A program made the translations under genes and the position numbers. The notes beneath the pieces are model-generated. The model saw only the letters and a list, made by a program, of their open reading frames with translations, was not told where the DNA came from and did not search any database. Below, in pieces: positions 18,044 through 27,230 of a stretch of 64,000 nucleotides of DNA. The first letter of the stretch is position 1; every line of letters begins with the position of its first letter. The stretch comes from an uncultured bacterium (GTDB taxonomy: Bacteria; Oederibacteriota; Oederibacteriia; Oederibacteriales; Oederibacteriaceae), in NCBI GenBank assembly GCA_965112635.1, contig OZ218778.1, positions 800,001-864,000 on the forward strand, written 5' to 3'.

Positions 18044-20815
18044 TTGAGTATTCCCATCCGCAAGGCTTTTGTGGTTTTGGCCGGGTTCCTCCTTATTTTT
18101 ATCCTGGCAGTTTCCCGCCCTCCCCTCTATGGAGATGATTTTGATCAGGTTATGAAGGACACCATAGCAACGGAACAAAAGGGAGATGTTAATCAGGCTC
18201 TTTCAATAATCTCTCGGTATATTGAGTCAAACCCCAACAACTCAGGAGGATATATTGTCAGGGGAAATTGTTACGACATAAAGAATGACCAGGAAAAGGC
18301 GCTTGCTGATTATGACAAGGCGGTTGAACTGTCCCCCAATGATTTTACAGCTTATTATGACCGGGCCAGTATTTATAGCAGGCAAGCAAAATACGATTTG
18401 GCCATCAGCAATTTTAACAAATCCATCGAACTCAATCCGAACGATGGAGGCGCCTTTTATGACCTGGGTGCCGTTTATGATAAAAGAGGCGCTGAAGGAG
18501 ATATGGACAAGGCTGTGGAGTCTTTGAAACAGGCCATTGAGCTGGACAGGAATGACAAGTTCAGGCGGGATGATTTCAAAAGTGAAACATTGATCTTTAA
18601 GCACAATGGTATTTCAAAGGCTTTGAAAGACAAGTTGCGGGCATTGGGTTACGGACAAGGTTTTCCGGAACAAACCGAGGAGGAAAACCTAGAGGATCTT
18701 GATAAAAAAGCCTATTCGTTCATGCAAAGCAACGACTACAAGTCAGCCCTGAACCTCTATGACAAGGCCATTGAAAAAGACCCCAATAATTTCCGGCTGT
18801 ATATAGGAAGAGGGACCGCCTATAAGTGGAAAACTGATTTTCCCGCGGCCATCAGTGATTACAGCAAGGCTCTTGAGCTCGTTCCCACCAGCAGCGAAGC
18901 CTACATGGACCGCGGGAACGCTTATGAAAGGAACAAACAATACAACCTGTCCATCGCGGATTTTACCAAGGCCATTGGATCGAACCAGACGCCGATATTA
19001 TCCTATTGTTACAGGGAGCGGGGCATTGACTACGCCCTGCGGGAGCAGGAGGGAGACGAGGACAGGGCCGTGGACGACTTGAAGCAGGCCATTGAGCTGG
19101 ACAACAAGGACAGTAACATTCCCCAGCCATTTAAGACCGGTGTGCAGATCTACAAAAGGCCCGAAGTGTCGCAAAGGATCAGGGACAAATTGGCGGCCCT
19201 GGGTTACGGGCCGCAGGAATTCCAAAAGATGACGGATATCCAGGGCATGCTGGAGCAGGCGCGGGAAGACAACCGAAGCGGCGATTACGACCAGGCCATG
19301 GATCTCTGCGCCAAGGTCCTGGCCATGGACGCGAACAATAGCCAGGCCTATTTCATAGAAGGGACCACGTATTTTTTCAAAAAGGATTTCACCCATGCCA
19401 TAGAAAACTATGAAAAGGTGGCCCAGCTCGATTCTAAGAACATTTATGTTTTTTACAGCCTGGGGGCATGTTACCGGTCGCTCCATGACTATGAGCAGGC
19501 CATCACAAATTTCACTAAAGCCATCGAGAACAATCCGGACAATCCTAACTGCTATTCAGACCGGGCTTATTGCTATGTCAAAAGGAACGCCGCAGGGGAC
19601 TCTGACCTGGCCCTGGCTGATTTTCAAAAGGCGGTCACCATAGACCCGGCGTCCGTGCAGGAGGTTTTTGGAGGATGGATGTCCGAGTCTATCAGCAAGG
19701 ATATGAAAGACAAAATCCAGAAGATGATCAATGACCGGCAAAGCCAGGCCAAACCGCAGTCCTCTGAAGACAACACAGTGGTGGACAAGAAAAAAGGCGT
19801 GTCCAGTTCTCCGGCTGCCGGGCCCGCTGATGTTGAGCCTTTGCTCAATGAGGCGCGTTCGGCTTATGCCAAGGGCGATTATGACCTGACCATCACGGAT
19901 TGCGACAAGGTCATAGGGTTAAAGCCGGATGAATGGAAAGCCTACTTTGGCAGAGGTAATGCCTATTTTGCCAAGAAGGATTATGACCAGGCCATTACGG
20001 ATTACAGCAAGGTTATAGAACTCAAACCTGATACTCCCAATGCCTATTCCCACCGCGCCCTCAGTTATGTCAGGCAGGGGGCAGAGGGCAACAACGACAA
20101 AGCCATGGGAGATTTCAAGAAAGCGGTTGATATGGACCCATCCTCTGTCCAGGACATCCTGGACGGCACCATGTCGGTCAGCCAGGATTTAAAAGACAAA
20201 ATACAGCAGATGGTTAATGAGAAAAAAGGCGGGTCTAATCCTCGGTTTAATAATCCTGAGGCGGAACATTGGTTTAAAGAGGCTATGAAAGATTCTCAAA
20301 GACAAAAAAATGACCTGGCCATTGAGGATTGCAACAAGGCCCTTGCTCTTGAACCCAATAATCCAATTATTTATGAAGAACGTGCGGCGGCCTATGAGCG
20401 CAAAGGCGACTACGGCAAGGGCATCGCGGATTTAACCAAGTGCATAGAGCTACAGCCGGGGGAGTGGTGGCTCTATTCCAACCGTGGCGGGTACTATGCC
20501 GCTAGAAAAGACTATGGCCATATCAAAGTACCAGGAGACTGTGAAAATGCTATTGCTGATTTCACTAAGGCTATAGAGCTCAAACCGGATGATTATTGGA
20601 TTTATTTTGAACGCGGGGATTGCTATTTCAAAAGAGGGGCTGAGGGGGACAGCGACAAGGCCCTGGCAGATTTCCAAAAAGTGATGGAACTAGACCCCAC
20701 GTCAGATAAGTCTGCCGTTTATGGCTCGATGACCCCATTTGGGATCCAGGACCTAAAAGATAAAATTCAGAAGTTGGTTAGTGAGAAAAAAGGCCAGGGC
20801 AATACGCAGCAATAG
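18044..20815 (+). CDS. Exported multi-module TPR protein
   Basis: TTG start after GGGAGG, signal peptide, many AY..RG..Y...DY..AI.D..KAIEL.P repeats. Confidence 0.9.
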   Translation: MSIPIRKAFVVLAGFLLIFILAVSRPPLYGDDFDQVMKDTIATEQKGDVNQALSIISRYIESNPNNSGGYIVRGNCYDIKNDQEKALADYDKAVELSPNDFTAYYDRASIYSRQAKYDLAISNFNKSIELNPNDGGAFYDLGAVYDKRGAEGDMDKAVESLKQAIELDRNDKFRRDDFKSETLIFKHNGISKALKDKLRALGYGQGFPEQTEEENLEDLDKKAYSFMQSNDYKSALNLYDKAIEKDPNNFRLYIGRGTAYKWKTDFPAAISDYSKALELVPTSSEAYMDRGNAYERNKQYNLSIADFTKAIGSNQTPILSYCYRERGIDYALREQEGDEDRAVDDLKQAIELDNKDSNIPQPFKTGVQIYKRPEVSQRIRDKLAALGYGPQEFQKMTDIQGMLEQAREDNRSGDYDQAMDLCAKVLAMDANNSQAYFIEGTTYFFKKDFTHAIENYEKVAQLDSKNIYVFYSLGACYRSLHDYEQAITNFTKAIENNPDNPNCYSDRAYCYVKRNAAGDSDLALADFQKAVTIDPASVQEVFGGWMSESISKDMKDKIQKMINDRQSQAKPQSSEDNTVVDKKKGVSSSPAAGPADVEPLLNEARSAYAKGDYDLTITDCDKVIGLKPDEWKAYFGRGNAYFAKKDYDQAITDYSKVIELKPDTPNAYSHRALSYVRQGAEGNNDKAMGDFKKAVDMDPSSVQDILDGTMSVSQDLKDKIQQMVNEKKGGSNPRFNNPEAEHWFKEAMKDSQRQKNDLAIEDCNKALALEPNNPIIYEERAAAYERKGDYGKGIADLTKCIELQPGEWWLYSNRGGYYAARKDYGHIKVPGDCENAIADFTKAIELKPDDYWIYFERGDCYFKRGAEGDSDKALADFQKVMELDPTSDKSAVYGSMTPFGIQDLKDKIQKLVSEKKGQGNTQQ

Positions 20816-20824
20816 GGAGGCAAG

Positions 20825-22621
20825 ATGAATAACACGCAAGTCCCAGCATCAAGATCATTGCCAGGTATGATCCGATGTTTTCTTTTAATCCTTATTTTGT
20901 TTGGCCTATCACAAACAGCCAGGGCGCAGGATTTTGACCAGTTGATGAAAGATGGTAATGATGCTCTTTATAAAATTGGTATTGTTCAAAAAAGTAATGT
21001 TGATGAGGCTATTGCGGATTACACCAAGGCCATAGAACTCAAGCCGGATAATGCCGATGCTTTTATCAATCGTGGTCGTGCTTATCTTTTCAATCAAACC
21101 TATGATCAGGCGATTGCAGACTATACCAAAGTTATAGAACTCAAACCGGATAATGCCGAGGGTTATAATGGCCGCGGAGAGGCCTATAGACGTAAGGGAG
21201 ACTATGGCCAGGCCATTGCGGACTATAGTAGGGCTCTTGAGCTTAAGCCAATGGAAACTAGTATCATATATTATGAACGGGGAAATGTTTATTACTGCAT
21301 AAAAGATTATGATCGAGCTATCGCGGATTTTAATAAGGCCATAGAGAGTCGGAAAAATGGAACATTGGTGTGTGCCAACCATGGCGATCCCAATAAGGCA
21401 GTCCTAGCTCAGTATTATGGCTGTCTTGGTGAGGTTCAAAAAGACAAAGGAGCTTACCAAAAAGCTATTGAGGCCTACACCAAGGCAATAGAACTAGCCC
21501 CCGAACAAACAATACAAGTAGCATATTATTGCATCCCCCGTGGAGAAGCCTATGACAAAATAAACGCCCATGATAAGGCCATGGATGATTATAACAAGGC
21601 CAAAAAGTTGAATCCTGCAGCATTCTCTGGCCAAAGTCCATCAATGTTGATTGCAGGATATTATCGTGATCGTGGATACAGATATTTGGCTGATGGGAAA
21701 AATGATTATAAAGGAGCTATTGAGGAATACAGCAAGGCCATAGCGGTAAATCCTGATGATGCAGAGGCCTACATGCGCTGGGGAGATGCCTATTTTAATC
21801 AAAAAGATTTTGAGCACGCCATCGAGAACTACACCAAGGTGATAGAGCTTACTCCCACGGATATATATGTGTTTTACAGCCGGGGGTCTTGCTACAGGTC
21901 CCTCCATAACTATGAGCAGGCCATCGCGGACTACAGCAAGGCTATAGAGATCAGGCCGAGCAATCCCTACTCTTATTCAGACCGGGCCTATTGCTATGTC
22001 AAAAGGGGCAGCGAGGGGGACAATGACCGGGCTTTGGCGGATTTCCAAAAAGCGGCGGAAATGGACCCGGCGTCGGTTCAAAATGTTTTTGATGGCTGGA
22101 TGTCCGCATCTATTAGTCAGGACTTAAAAGACAAAATAAAGGCCGTGGTGGATAAGAAAAAAGGCAGGCCTAATGCTTTGGCCGCCGGAACTGAAGATGC
22201 TGAGCCTTTGCTCAATGAGGCGCGTTCTGCCTACGCCAAAGGCGACTATGACCTGACCATCACGGATTGCGGTAAAGTGATAGAGCTGATACCGAATGAG
22301 TGGAAAGCCTACTTTGGACGGGGTAATGCCTATTTTGCCAAAAAGGATTATGACAAGGCCATAGCGGATTACAGCAAGGTCATAGAACTCAAACCGGACA
22401 ATGCTAATGCCTATTCTCATCGCGCGATTTGCTATACCAAGCAGGGGGCAGGGGCGATATTGAAGGCCATGGCAGATTTCAAGAAGGCGGCTAATCTGGA
22501 CCCAGCCTCGGTGCAGGACATCCTGGACGGCACGATTCCGGTCAGCCAGGAATTAAAGGACAAAATACAGCAGATGGTTAATGAGAAAAAAGGACAGATT
22601 ATGTCAAGTTTTCGGGTGTAA
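20825..22621 (+). CDS. Exported TPR protein; last codons replaced by IS256 sequence
   Basis: Signal peptide ending ARA|QDF, TPR repeats; the native C-terminus (ANPQ*) is displaced to 24041-24055. Confidence 0.88.
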   Translation: MNNTQVPASRSLPGMIRCFLLILILFGLSQTARAQDFDQLMKDGNDALYKIGIVQKSNVDEAIADYTKAIELKPDNADAFINRGRAYLFNQTYDQAIADYTKVIELKPDNAEGYNGRGEAYRRKGDYGQAIADYSRALELKPMETSIIYYERGNVYYCIKDYDRAIADFNKAIESRKNGTLVCANHGDPNKAVLAQYYGCLGEVQKDKGAYQKAIEAYTKAIELAPEQTIQVAYYCIPRGEAYDKINAHDKAMDDYNKAKKLNPAAFSGQSPSMLIAGYYRDRGYRYLADGKNDYKGAIEEYSKAIAVNPDDAEAYMRWGDAYFNQKDFEHAIENYTKVIELTPTDIYVFYSRGSCYRSLHNYEQAIADYSKAIEIRPSNPYSYSDRAYCYVKRGSEGDNDRALADFQKAAEMDPASVQNVFDGWMSASISQDLKDKIKAVVDKKKGRPNALAAGTEDAEPLLNEARSAYAKGDYDLTITDCGKVIELIPNEWKAYFGRGNAYFAKKDYDKAIADYSKVIELKPDNANAYSHRAICYTKQGAGAILKAMADFKKAANLDPASVQDILDGTIPVSQELKDKIQQMVNEKKGQIMSSFRV

Positions 22622-24031
22622 GTTGTTAAGTCCACGGGTAGTAGGTTAAGCAACATTTAGCAAGCCTTCCTGAACCAGATCACCTCCTTGAGATTTCCAG
22701 AGTTTTCTTTTAGACCAATTATCTTCCTGAGTGGTAGAAACAGACCAGACGATCTTAGCGACCTCCAATTCGGAGTGCATGGTGCCGGCAGCACGGGTGC
22801 GCCGTTTGATCTCGGCGATAAAGCGTTCGATGAGATTGCTGGAGCGGAGAGTGCGCCAGACATGCTGGGGTTCGTTCATGAAGGTGGTGAGGTTGTCGAA
22901 CCTATCGAGAGCCATAGCCGTAGCTCTAGGATAGAGTTTCATCCAGCGAGCTTGGAGGCGGCCAAAGGCCTGGAGAGCCAGTTTGCGGGAATCGGCCCAA
23001 TAGATAGCTTTGAAATCGTTAAGGAAGGCACCCCAGTCACGGCGAGGCATAATGGCTCTGAGGTTTCGGATCTTGTGGACCAGGCAGAGCTGGTGAGGGA
23101 CAGCCAGGAGGTTTTTGACGGCCTGCTCAATGGCCTTGTGTTCATCGGAGATGACGAGCCTGAGGGTGTTGCGGTTAAGGCCTCTTTTGAGGAGGTCATT
23201 GATAAAAGCCTGCCAGGAGTCCAAGGACTCTCTATCGCCGAGAAGGAAACCCAGGACATGGCGATTGCCAAAGGAATCCATGCCTAGGGCGAGCAATAGA
23301 GCTTGTTTGGAGGTAAAACCAGGTCTTCTGACAGGCAGGTAGGCGGCGTCCAGGAGCAGGTAGGTGATGTTGGGAGGAATGGGACGATTCATCCACTGAC
23401 GGATGGCTGGCTCCAAGGCGTTGGTGAGAGTGGAGACGGTGGAGTGAGAGAGCTTTGTGCCCAAAGCGGCATTTATCTCAGCGGCGGTAGAGCGAGTGGC
23501 AGCGCCTTTGAGCCAGAAGCGGATGGCGAGGAAGGAAGCCAGGCCTTTTCCAGCTTGTTTGAGGGCGGTAAGCAAGGGCGAGTGAAGGGACCCCTGGCGT
23601 AGAGCTGGTTTGTGCAGAAAAAGTCTGCCAAAAAAGCCGGGGACAGAGGTGGATTTAAAACCGTTTCTTTTAGGGCTGTTTTCAAGGCGTTCATAAGGCT
23701 GACGGCCCAAAAACTCGTCCCTTTCAGCCTCCAGTTGAATATCTAAAGCCTGGGCAATGATGGCATTGACCTCCTGGCCAATTACTTCCAGAGCGACACC
23801 GGGCTGAGCGATCTTCCTGACTTTTTCTCTGATTTTCTGGTTCGTATAAATCTCAATTCTTTGGGATAATGACTTCACGGGTGTAGACCTCCTTTTAGTT
23901 TGGGTTTGGTGACCTAGACAATCACCTAGTCTACGCCCGTGGACTTATTTTTGGGGCCGCAAGGTTAGATTGCTGCAATCTAACCTTGCCTTTCCCCTCG
24001 TTGAAGTTACACCCAGGAATGGTACACAACC
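22597..24031 (-). mobile_element. IS256-family insertion sequence (1435 bp)
   Basis: Imperfect terminal inverted repeats GATTATGTCAAGTTTTCGGGTGTAA / GGTTGTGTACCATTCCTGGGTGTAA; 8-bp target duplication AAAGGACA at 22589-22596 and 24032-24039. Confidence 0.9.
22646..23878 (-). CDS. IS256-family (Mutator-type DDE) transposase
   Basis: RNG, LLLDAAY (D), ES..W..F..DL..RGL, ISDEH (D), HQLCLVHKIRN, RSSNLIERF..EIKRR (E). Confidence 0.93.
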   Translation of the reverse strand: MKSLSQRIEIYTNQKIREKVRKIAQPGVALEVIGQEVNAIIAQALDIQLEAERDEFLGRQPYERLENSPKRNGFKSTSVPGFFGRLFLHKPALRQGSLHSPLLTALKQAGKGLASFLAIRFWLKGAATRSTAAEINAALGTKLSHSTVSTLTNALEPAIRQWMNRPIPPNITYLLLDAAYLPVRRPGFTSKQALLLALGMDSFGNRHVLGFLLGDRESLDSWQAFINDLLKRGLNRNTLRLVISDEHKAIEQAVKNLLAVPHQLCLVHKIRNLRAIMPRRDWGAFLNDFKAIYWADSRKLALQAFGRLQARWMKLYPRATAMALDRFDNLTTFMNEPQHVWRTLRSSNLIERFIAEIKRRTRAAGTMHSELEVAKIVWSVSTTQEDNWSKRKLWKSQGGDLVQEGLLNVA

Positions 24032-24067
24032 AAAGGACAGGCCAATCCGCAGTAAAAGAGAGGTAGG

Positions 24068-25264
24068 ATGAAGAGCGCGCCAGTCCCGATATCAACGTCA
24101 TTTTCCAACACCCTCAAATGTTTTCTTTTAGTCCTTATTTTGACCGTCATATCCCAGACCGCCCGCGCCCAGGATTTTGGCCAGGTGTCCAAAGAAGCGG
24201 AAGAAGCGGCGAACAAAGGTAATTTTGACCAGGCCATCCTTATTTATTCCAAATACATCGAAGGGCACCCCAGCGAAACAATGGCCTATCTAAACAGGGG
24301 AGTGGCCTATATGAACAAAGCCATGACCGACAAAGTCCTGATGATAAGCGCCATTTCCGATTTCGATAAAGCCATCGAGCTTGATCCCAAAAATACTTCA
24401 GCCTATTACTTCAGAGGAAAGACCTTTTTCATGCAGCACAATTACAGCCGGGCTATCACCAATTACAACAAAGTAGCTGATCTCAATCCAAGTTCGATGA
24501 AAGCCCCCGTGCTTCTTGAACGCGGCATCGCGTATTGTAAAAGAAACAGAGAAGGGGACATGGACAAAGGCCTGGAGGACTTCAAGCAGGCCATTGAGAA
24601 GGACAAAAACGATAAAAGCATCCCGGAAATTTCCAAAAGCGAATATTTGGTTTTTAATAACAACAATGTTTCGCAGGAAGTGAAGGACAAGCTGAAGGCC
24701 ATGGGCTACAGTTCGCATAGTTGCGAGGACAGTCCGGAGTCCCAAGGTATGCTGGCACAGGCCCAGGATTTCTACAACAAAAAGGATTATGACAAGGCCG
24801 TGGAAATTTGTAACAGGGTTTTAGCGATGAACGCGATCTGCACCAGAGCCTATTTTATAAGAGGGGACGCGTATTTTGACAAAAAGGACTTTAATAACGC
24901 CGTTGCGGACTATGACAAAGCGGCTGAGCTTGACCCTAAAAATATCTATGTTTTTTACAGTCTAGGCGCATGCTACCGGTCGCTCCATAACTACGAGCAG
25001 GCCATTGCGAATTTCACTAAAGCCATTGCGAACAGGCCGGACCATCCTTACGGCTACTCAGACCGGGCTTATTGCTATGTCAAAAGGAACGCCGCGGGGG
25101 ACGCGGACCTGGCCTTGGCTGATTTCCAAAAGGCGGTGACCATAGACCCGGCGTCCGTGCAGGAGGTTTTTGGCGGGTGGATGTCCGAGTCCATCAGCAA
25201 AGATATGAAAGACAAAATCCAGCAGATGATCAACGACCGGGAGATCGCGGCCGGAAAGAAATAG
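24068..25264 (+). CDS. Exported TPR protein (third paralog)
   Basis: Signal peptide ending ARA|QDF; C-terminal module nearly identical to the third module of the 18044 protein. Confidence 0.9.
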   Translation: MKSAPVPISTSFSNTLKCFLLVLILTVISQTARAQDFGQVSKEAEEAANKGNFDQAILIYSKYIEGHPSETMAYLNRGVAYMNKAMTDKVLMISAISDFDKAIELDPKNTSAYYFRGKTFFMQHNYSRAITNYNKVADLNPSSMKAPVLLERGIAYCKRNREGDMDKGLEDFKQAIEKDKNDKSIPEISKSEYLVFNNNNVSQEVKDKLKAMGYSSHSCEDSPESQGMLAQAQDFYNKKDYDKAVEICNRVLAMNAICTRAYFIRGDAYFDKKDFNNAVADYDKAAELDPKNIYVFYSLGACYRSLHNYEQAIANFTKAIANRPDHPYGYSDRAYCYVKRNAAGDADLALADFQKAVTIDPASVQEVFGGWMSESISKDMKDKIQQMINDREIAAGKK

Positions 25265-25322
25265 CTCCAACCATGAGAGGGAAAATTCAAGTAAAGAGTT
25301 TGGAAAAATATAGATAAAAAGG

Positions 25323-25847
25323 GTGGCTGTGCTTAAAACTGAGGTTGTGACCGGGTTTGATGAGCAGGTCCTCCAGGACATCATCCAGATACAGCTGGAT
25401 TCGTTTCCCGCGGGATGGGCGGAGGGTGGGGATGAAGGGGACGGCCATTTCGAGGCCATGCTCAAGGCCAAGGAAAATGTTCATATTTTTCTAAAAGACG
25501 GGCAAAAAAACATCGGTTACCTATTAGCCATACCCCATAACATAGCCGTGGAGGAACTCAAAGACTGCGACCCCCTGATGCGAAAGAACCCGGGGGCTTA
25601 CTATATCGAGACCATCTCCATCCTGCCTGACCACCGGGGCCAAGGAGGATGGAAATTGCTGCTGCAAACCCTGGCCGGGGAACTCTTAAAAAAAGGGGTC
25701 ATGGAAATTACCCTGCACGCGAGGGTCTCCAACGGGTTCAGCCAAAAGGTCCAGAAAGAGTTTGTGGCACAAAAGATCAGGACCATCGAAAAGTGGAAAT
25801 ACTATAATTATGAGGAACCCACGGAATATCTTGAGGTAGAGCTATAA
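25323..25847 (+). CDS. GNAT-family N-acetyltransferase
   Basis: YIETISILPDHRGQGGWKLL acetyl-CoA-binding motif A. Confidence 0.75.
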   Translation: MAVLKTEVVTGFDEQVLQDIIQIQLDSFPAGWAEGGDEGDGHFEAMLKAKENVHIFLKDGQKNIGYLLAIPHNIAVEELKDCDPLMRKNPGAYYIETISILPDHRGQGGWKLLLQTLAGELLKKGVMEITLHARVSNGFSQKVQKEFVAQKIRTIEKWKYYNYEEPTEYLEVEL

Positions 25848-25859
25848 GTGATTTTGCTC

Positions 25860-25932
25860 GTCATTGCGAGCGAAGCGAAGCAATCTGGTTCTAAAGATAG
25901 ATTGCTTCGTCGCTGTTGCTCCTCGCAATGAC
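25860..25932. repeat. REP-like palindromic element
   Basis: GTCATTGCGAG-CGAAGCGAAGCAATCT...AGATTGCTTCG...CTCGCAATGAC nested inverted repeat between genes. Confidence 0.75.
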
Positions 25933-25978
25933 ACATTTATTATTTTGTTTGTATCAATTTTAAAAAGGAGTGGTAAAG

Positions 25979-26464
25979 ATGAAAATAGGAGTGATGTCGG
26001 ACAGCCATGACAATATGCCGGCCATAGCCAAGGCCGTGGATTTTTTTATCAAGGAAAAGGTGGACCAGGTGGTCCATGCGGGCGACATCGTGTCGCCTTT
26101 TACCTTCAAGGAGTTCCAGAGGCTGACCGTGCCGTTGTGGATGGTGTTCGGCAACAATGACGGAGAAAAACATTTCCTGCGGGAGCAGATCAAAGGCCGG
26201 GGAGAGATCTTTGACCAGTTCTTCGCCAAGGAATGGGAAGGCAAAAAAATAGTGGTCATGCACGAGCCCAAATTTTTAGACTCGCTCAAGAAGAGCGGGC
26301 AGTACGACGCGGTCATCTACGGCCACACCCACAAGGTGGATGTGCAGACCGGGCCCGTGCTCGTCCTCAATCCCGGCGAGTGCGGAGGCTGGCTAAGCGG
26401 CAAATGCACGGTCGCCACCCTGGAACTGCCCAGCTTGGAAGTCAAAGTGGTAGAATTAAAATAG
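25979..26464 (+). CDS. YfcE/MJ0936-family metallophosphoesterase
   Basis: SDSHDN, HAGD, GNND, GHTH, NPG motifs. Confidence 0.88.
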   Translation: MKIGVMSDSHDNMPAIAKAVDFFIKEKVDQVVHAGDIVSPFTFKEFQRLTVPLWMVFGNNDGEKHFLREQIKGRGEIFDQFFAKEWEGKKIVVMHEPKFLDSLKKSGQYDAVIYGHTHKVDVQTGPVLVLNPGECGGWLSGKCTVATLELPSLEVKVVELK

Positions 26465-26472
26465 TCATATAG

Positions 26473-26509
26473 TAGTATTGCAATATTATTAATATAGTAT
26501 TACAATATT
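26473..26509 (+). promoter_or_regulatory. Putative operator for the RHH antitoxin
   Basis: Two copies of TAGTATT(G/A)CAATATT 22 bp apart, each with a (near-)palindromic core, just upstream of the RHH gene RBS. Confidence 0.55.
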
Positions 26510-26527
26510 CATAAAGGAGGCACTACG

Positions 26528-26773
26528 ATGCGAAAATCCAAAGTAGCGAGTTTTTCCATACCCCAGGAAACATGGAAGCGTGCCGAAGAGCTTATGAAAG
26601 TGGAAAAGAGGAGCCGGAGCGAGATCGTTTCCGAGGCCATTGAAAAGTATTACACCATGAGGCAGTGGGATGAGCTGCAGACCGTCGGGGCCAGACAGGC
26701 CAAAAAGCTGGGGATCAAGAGCGAAGAGGATGTGGACCAGCTGGTCCATGCGTACCGAAAAAACAAAAAATGA
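26528..26773 (+). CDS. CopG/RHH-family antitoxin
   Basis: SFSIP...RSRSEIVSEAIEKY ribbon-helix-helix pattern; ATGA overlap with the PIN gene. Confidence 0.8.
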   Translation: MRKSKVASFSIPQETWKRAEELMKVEKRSRSEIVSEAIEKYYTMRQWDELQTVGARQAKKLGIKSEEDVDQLVHAYRKNKK

Positions 26774-27183
26774 AGCCTCGCCTGGTCATAGATACCAATG
26801 TCCTTGTTTCCCATTTCATCCTGCCAGGTCACAACCCCACTAAAGTCATGGATTTGATCTTGGCGGGGAAGGCAGTATTAATAACTTCAGAATTTATTCT
26901 GCAAGAGCTTGAAGAAGTACTCAAGAATAAAATCGAGTTCAACCAGCAGGAAGCAGCCAACGCCTGTTTGAGCATCAGGTCCCTGGCGGAAATAGTCAAA
27001 CCCTATCATGCGGTGGATGTAGTTGTTGGAGATGAAAGTGATAACCGTATCCTGGAGTGCGCTCTTTCAGGAAAAGCAGATATCGTAATTTCAGGCGACA
27101 AGAAACATTTACAACCATTAAAAGTTTTTAAAGGTATTAGAATATTGAGTCCGACTGAATTTCTTATACAATACATGCCATGA
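26770..27183 (+). CDS. PIN-domain putative toxin
   Basis: VIDTNVLVS, EL..VL, DESDNRILECA, IVISGDKKHL. Confidence 0.88.
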   Translation: MKPRLVIDTNVLVSHFILPGHNPTKVMDLILAGKAVLITSEFILQELEEVLKNKIEFNQQEAANACLSIRSLAEIVKPYHAVDVVVGDESDNRILECALSGKADIVISGDKKHLQPLKVFKGIRILSPTEFLIQYMP

Positions 27184-27230
27184 TCTTTTAATAGGAACCA
27201 ATTTTAAAATAATTTCTGGAGGAGAATAAA

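Noticed and set aside
20825-22621. Second TPR gene as a pseudogene
   Set aside because: The IS replaces only the last four residues; the frame and all modules are intact.
19430-25240. Near-identical repeats among the TPR genes as template and variable repeats of a diversity-generating retroelement
   Set aside because: Differences are mostly synonymous third-position changes rather than adenine-specific, all copies are coding, and no reverse transcriptase is in the window.
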